Part shown: piece after piece, positions 55,908 to 64,000 of the stretch
Position numbering within the stretch: the stretch's first letter is position 1
Layout: each line of letters starts with the position of its first letter
Origin: Macrostomum hystrix
Lineage: Eukaryota > Animalia > Platyhelminthes
DNA: 64,000 bases
Direction of reading: 5' to 3'
Assembly: GCA_950097015.1 (NCBI GenBank)
Contig: CATNEN010000007.1
Span: 3,906,001-3,970,000, forward strand
The notes under the pieces: model-generated
Seen by the model: only the letters and a program-made list of their open reading frames with translations
Told to the model about the DNA's origin: nothing
Database searches by the model: none
Translations under genes and position numbers: made by a program

Positions 55908-58900
55908 CTAAAACAGCGGTTCCCCTTTGGCCAGCGCGATCACGCTAAAGTTCAAATCGTCCTGGCCCTGACGGGCGATGAACTGCTGCATGACCTTGAC
56001 GCAGTCGGTTAGGAAGGCTTCTTCTGTGGTCTGGCCATGGCTTACTGGCCCGTCTAGCCGGCCGTCCAGCTCCAGCAGCCGGCCCGAGTGGTTCAGCAGG
56101 GCCACAAAGTGCAGGTTGGTTCGGCTCTCCCGGCTGGGCGCCTCAGTCTGGCCCTCGGTGGCCGCCTCCTCGTGCGCCGAGATCAGAGTCTGCGGGCCGG
56201 CGGGGTAAGGGTAGGGAGTGACAGGTGGAGGAGGGTAGAGAGTGACAGGTGGAGGAGGGTAGAGAGTGACAGGTGGAGGAGGGTAGAGAGTGACAGGTGG
56301 AGGAGGGTAGAGAGTGACAGGTGAAGGAGGATAGAGAGTGACAGGTGGAGGAGGGGTAGAGTGACAGGTGGAGGAGGGGTAGAGTGACAGGTGGAGGAGA
56401 GGTAGAGTGAAAGGTGGAGGAGGGTAGAGAGTGACAGGTGGAGGAGGGTAGAGAGTGACAGGTGAAGGAGGATAGAGAGTGACAGGTGGAGGAGGGGTAG
56501 AGTGACAGGTGGAGGAGGGGTAGAGTGACAGGTGGAGGAGAGGTAGAGTGAAAGGTGGAGGAGGGGTAGATAGTGACAGGTGGAGGAGGGGGAGAGAGTG
56601 ACAGGTGGAGGAGGGGGAGATAGTGACAGGTGGAGGAGGGGGAGAGAGTGACAGGTGGAGGAGGGGGAGAGGGTGACAGGTGGAGGAGGGGGAGAGGGTG
56701 ACGAGCAGGCAGGGACGGTGCAACATCGAAATCACTTCATAGAAAAGCGGAATGAGAAGTGCCGTCATTATAAATGTTATTCTCACCTCGTCCTCCTCCA
56801 TGATCTTGGCCCTCTCCTCCGGCGTGCAGCTGGTGTCCGCAGATTTTTTAAAGAACTTCAGCAGGGCGGAGTCTTCTGTAAGTTAAAAGGATTGAAGTTG
56901 AAATTAGGCCAGCATTAATAGCTTTTAACAAATATAGCATCCATTATCGCAATAATCCATGGCCGCTGGATGGCTTGTGTCTGAGTAAACAGCTCACCCT
57001 CGAGCTGCAATCGGTCCAAGTTGTTTCCAATAGTGTGCAGAATGGCCACCGTGCCGCAGGCGTTGCTAACTGTCTGTTTCATAAAGTACACATCGTCCGA
57101 CTGTTCCAGCTGCTCTCCAATTGGCCCAGCCTCGGACTCGGCTGTGATTGGATAGATGAACAGCAGGCCGGCCACTGGCTGGGGCACCATGGCCAGCGCG
57201 TCTGGATCCAGCGAGTATACGTCCATGAAGTTCCAGGTGGTTGGCAGGCCCAGACCGTGAGCATACTTGTTTAGCACCTGGCATCGAGATAGAATTGAGG
57301 AGACACGAGAATAAGAGTAAAATTATTGGTTAATAATTATATGAAAATGTGTAACTTGTCCAACTGGCCTAAAGACTATTGATACAACTAGCATACAACC
57401 TCTAGTGTTATAAGTTATAGGGCCTTTAGCTGTTGTTCCTAAAAAGGCTTTTTGCTAGCCTTTGCTAACAATCATCTAACAACTATCTTCCTCAGGCAAT
57501 GTACTTACTTCAACATATAGAAATATGCAAAAATATTTGTGCTTTACTTTATTCTTGTTTTTTGTAAAAACTTTTTAAAATGTATTTTTGGCATGCCTCG
57601 GTAAACTGGCCCTTTGTGGAGCTTTTTTCTGTCAAAATAAAATATTTGCAACCCACTCGATTTTCAGCAAAATGGACCAACGAAAGTACAGGGCTCTTTA
57701 ATAATCTCATCTGAATTAATTAAAGCCACGAGCCATAAAAGTGCAGATCAGTATGCTACTTTTGCTTAGCTTCTTTATTGGTTGTTGTTAAATGGCCTTG
57801 TCCAATCTGGACTGCAGGTCAGCCCTTGTGGGGGCTCTACTGCTGTATATATTTTCTTGTATTAAAACATTTCTATTAAAATATAAATATAAAAGTAAAA
57901 AATAGAAATTTAGAATTATAAAATTTTTAGAAGGTCCAAAGTTTTGGTTCAATAAAAATAAAAGAAATAGATTGAGTGAAATTTTGCAATAGGTAAATCA
58001 GGTAACTAGTCAATGAATATTTGGGCACTGAGCCATGGTGTTAAAAATGATCAGAACATTGGTATTTTAAATTTAGCATTCAGTATTTTGGTAAATGCAT
58101 AGTGGGGTTAAAAGGGAAATATATATTTTTTACAGTATGTGTAATAACTGCGCTTGACAATATTTTATATGACAATAGCTGGGGTATAGATTCAGAGGGG
58201 GCATAAGAGATGCAAGACAGCAAGAGCGAACTGTCACCACCCTCCCTCGCGCTTATTTTTTAAGGTTTATATTTCGGTAGAATAATGATAATTTGTGTCT
58301 TTTAGTTCGATGTGCAAATTCTCTACTAGCAGTAGTCGGCTTTATGAAAAGTAGGCATTCTGCTAGAATATGTGAGGATATTGTGAGTATAAATATCGGA
58401 GTCTCAATTACAGGTGTATCTAACCAATGAGACGAAGTTAAGCCAATAAACTGGCCCAGTGTTTGTGGTTCACAGGTACCTGTGGTAGCTTGTATAAGCA
58501 ACTTCAGGGAACGTCCCATGTCTTGGTGCAATGATGACATCTAAAAGTCTGACCCAAAGGAATTACCTGGATGGCTTAGTGTCTAGTGCCGGGACTTGTT
58601 ATTTTTTCCACTTTTTTGCCAAACTAAAGAGCAAGCGCAACATGAGATGAACTGCTGCATATGTTGGGTGCTGTGTGGAGATTGTTTTTTTTGTTGCTGT
58701 TGCAGCAACAGCTGCCTCTTTTAGTTTGTCCTGCCTGGACTTCTTCAGGTAAAGCTTCTTTATTGGTAAGCACATGACTTGCAGTGTGGGCATCTGAGCT
58801 AGTTTGGTAGAAGAGACCTTTACCTGACCTGATCCTTGGATACAGGACAGTCAGTGACTGGTAGGTATCCAATTTGGTTTTTAGGACCACAATAAGAAAC

Positions 58901-59393
58901 CAGGTCACCTCCTACTGCCTCATGCTCAATCTTTCCAATAATAACAAGAATATAGCATAAAACATAGTATTTTCAAACAACAAAAACAAAGTAGGTTTCA
59001 GCAAATTTTCATATTATCTTTGGCAAATGGAAAAGGCAACAGTTAAAGTCTGAATAGGAAGTTGTTACTTTTTGTCTTTACCATACAGTCAGAGAAATGT
59101 TCTTCACAAATAAGTAATTGCTATAAGTTACATATAATGCTACTATATTACTCTAGAACATTAGCCAGGCATTAACCCTAGTAAAACATTCTAGAAGTGC
59201 AAACCTTTTAAAATGAGGAATACTAGCTCTATCAGCTATAATAGTAAATGCACATATAAAATCTTTAAATTGTATTCATATTATAATTCCGAATAAATAC
59301 ATGATACCTAGGCCTATGTATTGGAAATCAAAATGTTTTTTTTAGCACACTAACCTCAGGATTTGACTCCAATGGAATCCACTCCATCGCCAT
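55908..59393 (-). CDS. UCHL3: Ubiquitin C-terminal hydrolase (peptidase C12, UCH-L3/L1 type). Exons 59355-59393, 56998-57277, 56787-56875, 55908-56189.
   Basis: MAMEWIPLESNPE|VLNKY; FMKQTVSNACGTVAILH (catalytic Cys); NLHFVAL (His); ELDGR (Asp); in-frame GT-AG junctions. Confidence 0.93.
56215..56705. repeat. 23/24-bp purine-rich minisatellite filling UCH intron 3
   Basis: gagtgacaggtggaggagggtaga repeats. Confidence 0.95.
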
Positions 59394-60099
59394 AATTAAA
59401 CAAAGCGAATTTTAGTTCTGTGAAAAATATATATAATAGTTCAGATTCAGATATAATAGCAAGGCCAAGTTGTTTCTAAACTATGCTACTTATTTTTTAT
59501 TCAGACAGAACTGGGTTTCTTCAATAAAAATACAACAATCGATCAAGTCAATGACAAATGAACCGTGAAAGTATAATATCAATACTTTTCAACGTTATTA
59601 AACTGTAGATCGCAATTGTAGGCCTACTCAATGGACTACAAAAATTATATCATGTAAAAAAGAATTGACATGAGGAAGAAGTTAAGTCTTGACTGTAAAA
59701 AATGGGTTGGTGATTTCTAAGAAACATTTGTCGCACGTGTCTTTAAAAATGAAACATGCACGTTTTAACTGCCTGCAGCAGACTTGTCTTTAGCGAAATT
59801 TTCTTGGACAAAATTTAGCCGATCGTGTATTCCTTTGGTAATGCTTGTTGAATATAAACTTCTCAAGCTCTGCAGCCCATTCTACTGATCTTTCTACATA
59901 TAGATCTTGTTCCTAAAAGTTTCCTGCAAAAAAATTGTTCGTCTGGCTTATCGACTAAATTGTGTGATTGACTTTCGATCAATAGCTGAAATTGCCGGGT
60001 TGTTATTAGGTTTATACTGATTTTCAGTGAGTACGTGTTATTTACACAGTAATTTGAAAGTCTGGACGTAAAAACATGCCCCGCCAAACCTACGCACGT

Positions 60100-60400
60100 T
60101 GAGACAATGTCGCTTCCACCGGACGTGGCCCTGCCGAAGAAGGGGGACTTCAACGCCGGCCCAATCACAATCACCACGGCGGAGGTCATGCGGGCAGCGA
60201 AGGCGACAGGCGCAGACAAGATGCCCGTCGAGGCACTAATTCAGGTCAACAGGTGGCCGCGAGGCACATCACGGCATCATGAACCGGCCTGTAGGTGCTT
60301 GCATGGCGGAGGAGTCGCCCCAGTCGAATGGACAACATATCCCACATGATCCTGCTGATCCCCAATAAGCCCGGAACCACACCACTTCTGTCTCAGAAGC
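60100..60400 (+). mobile_element. Degraded LINE fragment (pre-RT region)
   Basis: ITTAEVMRAAK(..)ATGADKMPVEAL...VLHGGGVAPVEWTT...LIPNKP resembles the KAxGxDxIPxExL...PxEW...IxPIPKK motif of non-LTR ORF2. Confidence 0.7.
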
Positions 60401-61059
60401 CCAATGCGCAAGACGATCGCCTTGCGCGCGACGTAGGGCCTCGCATGGGCAGCACATCAGTAGTATAAAAAAATATGAAACAAACGCGTTTTCCTTATGG
60501 AGAAATACATAGGTAGTACCGCATAGGAAATACCTATACATTTAACTCAAAACGCTCCAAAAAATTTCTAAGTCCTAACTCGCACGAGGAATTTTCTAAG
60601 TCAAAAATCTCTCTCTCTCTCTCTCTCTTCTCTATCTGTCCTTGGCATGTTGTTTAAAAAATTCCTAGTCCAACTAACTGCTCATTAAGTTTGCAGGTTA
60701 GAATTCAAAGACGCAGCAACTTTCTGAAACGAGCATGTTGAATCAGTTTCATTGCAAGTTGCCACTGTCGAGAGTTAATGCACGTAGAATTATTGAGATT
60801 GTTACACTAACTCGCCAAATCATTCAGTCACAAAATGTTGTTACTTTCTTATTCATCAGATTCAGCACGAAGCTTTTCATTCCTGCAGCAATTTGTCTTT
60901 AATTTCGCACATGCTAAAAATCACACATCTCTTCAAACGTGCCTACCATTTACCGATAGTATATATATTTCAAGGATTATAAGACAAACTACAACTTCAA
61001 GCTGGAATTAGCAAGGAATTGAATTGATATTGAATTGAATTGAATTGATTTGAATTGAA

Positions 61060-61371
61060 ATGAATTCTGTCAACCTTCCTATCGTCGGGATAATGCGAAG
61101 CCAGCAATCTATAATTCATCAGACGGAGATGAATAATCGTAAATGGGTGCAACTCGTCAAGCTCTTAACTGAGCTAGAAAGCTTCATCGAGGAGAGCTGG
61201 CCCGAGGACACGATATCTGCAACAAGAAATCGCGGCTACTGGCTGAAGTGTGTAATACGCAGTGCAGCTCGACAAGTCAGGACATGGGCCTCGACACGAC
61301 TAACCTGGTGGCGTAGCCGACTAGAAGTCCAAGTCGAAGCCTGGCTGAGTATCCAGTCACAGCTTAACTAA
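61060..61371 (+). CDS. Possible 103-aa intronless ORF, unknown function
   Basis: ATG-to-TAA ORF that is GC-richer than its flanks and has helical composition; no family recognised; preceded by (aattg)n, so it could instead be the tail of a retroelement on the minus strand. Confidence 0.25.
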   Translation: MNSVNLPIVGIMRSQQSIIHQTEMNNRKWVQLVKLLTELESFIEESWPEDTISATRNRGYWLKCVIRSAARQVRTWASTRLTWWRSRLEVQVEAWLSIQSQLN

Positions 61372-62039
61372 TGAAGAAATGACAAAAATCAACATTTTTA
61401 TAATTTTGCATTGACTCAATAACTGTATTTTATCGAAGTCTGTAAATATATTTATGCTTTACCTCAATACAAAAAAAAGATTTTCTTTCTGCTCAAAACA
61501 TACTTGTACTAACAAAATATATTTTCGCTTTAGTCTGTTACAAAAGAAAACATTTTTAAGTATGCAAATCAATGATCAAATTTTACTTTTAATCAAATGC
61601 TAGTCCTAAAGAAAGAATAAGAAGCTAAACCTAAGATAAAATTGTAGCACATTAACAGTACTCTAAGACAGACCTACCTAAACAGTCATCATTGATAAGC
61701 TACTGTATTTCAAGAGATCAGACGAATGATAATGAAACTTAAACTTTTTACATTGTATACACTAAATGAAAAATAAATGATGCTCAAACAAAAATGCAGA
61801 GATATAGAAATAATATGAAACTAAGTAAAATCTACTACCTGTATTACACACCAATAATTCATTGAAAATCAATGAGATACCTATTAATAAAAATAACTTG
61901 CGCTTTATTTAAATGCAAATGTATACACACACACACACACACACACATGCTCACATATATCAATTAAAGTAGTGATCAGACTGATCTTATAGACACTATG
62001 AAAAATATTGTTACACTTGACAAAATCCTTAAAGTCTAG

Positions 62040-62526
62040 ACAAGAGTTGCATCAGACTCTTCAGTGGTGCTCATCAGTAGGACAGGTTTTGGTGTTGACA
62101 TTGCTACTTGAAGTGGCGTCATTGTAATTGAATGTACCTGCCCATTGTTTACTTCTAGAGTCGAACAGTCGGTTCTAAAAGTCAAATATGGGGGATATTA
62201 TTTAATCTAAAGAGTTTATTAACCGATTTATACAGCAGAAGCATTTATTTAATCAATACTTACATAGCTCCAGCTTGTCCTTCTTCTGAAATACAAGTTG
62301 AAGTATTACGTCTAACACGTCGAATCATGATTACAATTAATCCTAAAGTTAGTAAAGTTATAGCTATCATCAAAAAGATAATTGCAAGCTTGATAGAGTC
62401 AAGCGATTGCTGCACTAAAACTAAACCTCTAACAAGGTTGCCAATAGATAGACTATTTTGTTGTGTAATTCTAGCGTGGCTTGTCAATAAATTATTTAAA
62501 ACTAAGCTTTGTGTTTGAGAAACCAT
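62040..62526 (-). CDS. Possible small single-pass membrane protein (exon 62263-62526 plus short exon ~62070-62155)
   Basis: Hydrophobic LAIIFLMIAITLLTLGLIVIMI followed by RRVRR (positive-inside); gtaagt donor at ~62262 and an AG acceptor near 62156. Confidence 0.35.
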
Positions 62527-63312
62527 TTTGCTAAATTATCTAAAATTAAACCGAAACAACGCTCGTAATATCTTAACCTAGCTATGTATATCTAAAGGGG
62601 GACTAAAGCCAATCTGTTTACTATAAACGTACCGACTTAAAACTGAAATCGAAAAAACTCGTATAATTTAAAATTATGTTTTCGACTAGTATATCAAACA
62701 TTTTATCGTCAACAACTATATGCTTAATCAGTATGCTTCAGTTCATTATAAAAATTAATTTAGTAAACTAAGATCTAAGTTCTCCCTCCCACACACCGTT
62801 CTCGCTAACTTAGTAAAATATCATGTTACTGAAAACCCACAAGCTTCTTTTAAGGCAGTACGTGTATTTAATTAACCCTTCAAAGTCAAGAAAATCTAGC
62901 TACAAAGATTTATACTATTCAAATTTTTCACTTGTGATGTTTACCGAATGATGAAATTCAATAATTAAAGCTCTATACCTATGCAATCAAATCTTATCAT
63001 TGCTACGTGCCGTCAAAATTACTTTCAACTGTTGACTCAAATTACATTTTAACCTATAGCAAATTAAATTAGTTTCCACATAAAAAGCTTCGTGCAGTTG
63101 CTATCAATAGATGAGCTTCAACAATTGACTATAATTTCCTTAATGACTTTGACTTGTAAACAAATTAGTTTAATTTCTATCATAAAAGCATCGTGCAGTT
63201 ACTATCAGCAGGTGATTCGTGTTCGATTCGCTTCTATAAATACAAGTTTCAAAATTTTGGTCTTTTCATAAGCTCCTCGGCTTTCTAATCACTACACCAG
63301 CTAGCAGCAAGA

Positions 63313-64000
63313 ATGTCTTACTACGCAGCCGAATCACTGCTAAAGCCTAACATGAGACCTATCTTCCACATTGGCGAGATTGAGTCGCCAGTCAACGGAT
63401 CGTGTCTGTTTCGATCGGTTGGTTGGAAGTCAGATCTTGCAGAGGCAAAGGGCTGGCGCCCGATCATCTTCCAGTCCGCCGGTCCAGTTGAGCTACTTCG
63501 AGGCATCACCGAGCGACCGGAATACGAGACAGCTAGCAAGTATGACTCACGCGATGTCATCGGCATAACGTTTAGAAAGGAGTGTTGTGATCAGGATTTA
63601 GTCGACTGCCTTCGGTGAGTATAATTATGTGTTTTACATTTCCTCATAAAGCTTGTATTTGTCAATAGTAACCTACCTCATAGTTCTTATAGCCAAATTA
63701 TAGAGTCTAAGCAACAAAACTAAGACACGAAATTAAATTATGCATTTAATGGTTTATTATGCATCCACTCTGAATGGAACTAGAGTTTGTTCTCCCTACA
63801 ACTAATATTTACCTTCAATTCAACCAGCATACAAGTGTACAGGTTATAATTTTGTAAATTGCTGCAGCTTTTTTATCTAGCGAATAATTTTTTCCTAAAC
63901 TCAAGCAACGTCTAACTTGGATTTTAATCCTCTCTTTTTATCCAGAGTTATCGAAAGAGGTCTCGAAGCTAAACTGCGTGAAATTGGCGATGCACGAACG
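63313..64000 (+). CDS. 5' part of an unknown spliced gene (exon 63313-63614, exon 63946 to window end)
   Basis: ATG ORF of 100 codons; CG|gtgagt donor and ccag|A acceptor keep the frame open (RVIERGLEAKLREIGDART) to the window end. Confidence 0.65.

Noticed and set aside
58529-58553. C/D-box snoRNA (ATGATGA...CTGA)
   Set aside because: The boxes are only ~11 nt apart, antisense to the host intron, and have no terminal stem
58253-58908. LINE RT/zinc-knuckle remnants in UCH intron 1
   Set aside because: Only faint resemblance (HTASHVLT), with segments in an inconsistent order; too weak to call

Overview
Eukaryotic, intron-rich animal genomic DNA, not prokaryotic. GC-rich exons, many minisatellites and 3' splice-site-like AGs just before start codons suggest a free-living flatworm such as Macrostomum; this is an inference and the species cannot be confirmed from the window. 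Five host genes were reconstructed exon by exon from GT-AG boundaries and family motifs: POLDIP2 (+, 2184-3787), TMEM127 (+, ~6969-15107), an SLC13 Na+/dicarboxylate cotransporter (+, 16498-22911), GFPT/GFAT (-, 44959-50451) and a UCH-L1/L3-type deubiquitinase (-, 55908-59393). An unknown spliced gene starts at 63313. The rest is transposon relics and about a dozen tandem arrays (~12 kb, roughly 18% of the window). The relics include a THAP-domain P-element transposase, Tc1/mariner, Merlin, hAT, an internally deleted Crypton tyrosine recombinase, LINE RT fragments and two tRNA-derived SINE families, one with a CORE domain. The most interesting leads are: (1) a minisatellite made of perfect CLEAR/E-box (GTCACGTGAC) sites just upstream of the coding exons of the lysosomal mTORC1 regulator TMEM127; (2) a hidden 48-nt symmetric cassette exon in GFPT at the position of the vertebrate muscle-specific GFAT1-L exon, preceded by a UGCAUG motif and three hairpins; (3) an apparent RIP-like CpA/TpG->TpA decay of some repeats; (4) hAT elements acting as carriers of an expanding minisatellite; (5) an unclassified multi-gene block with an HMG-like gene and a 58-bp satellite. 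No CRISPR array, rRNA or true tRNA was found.
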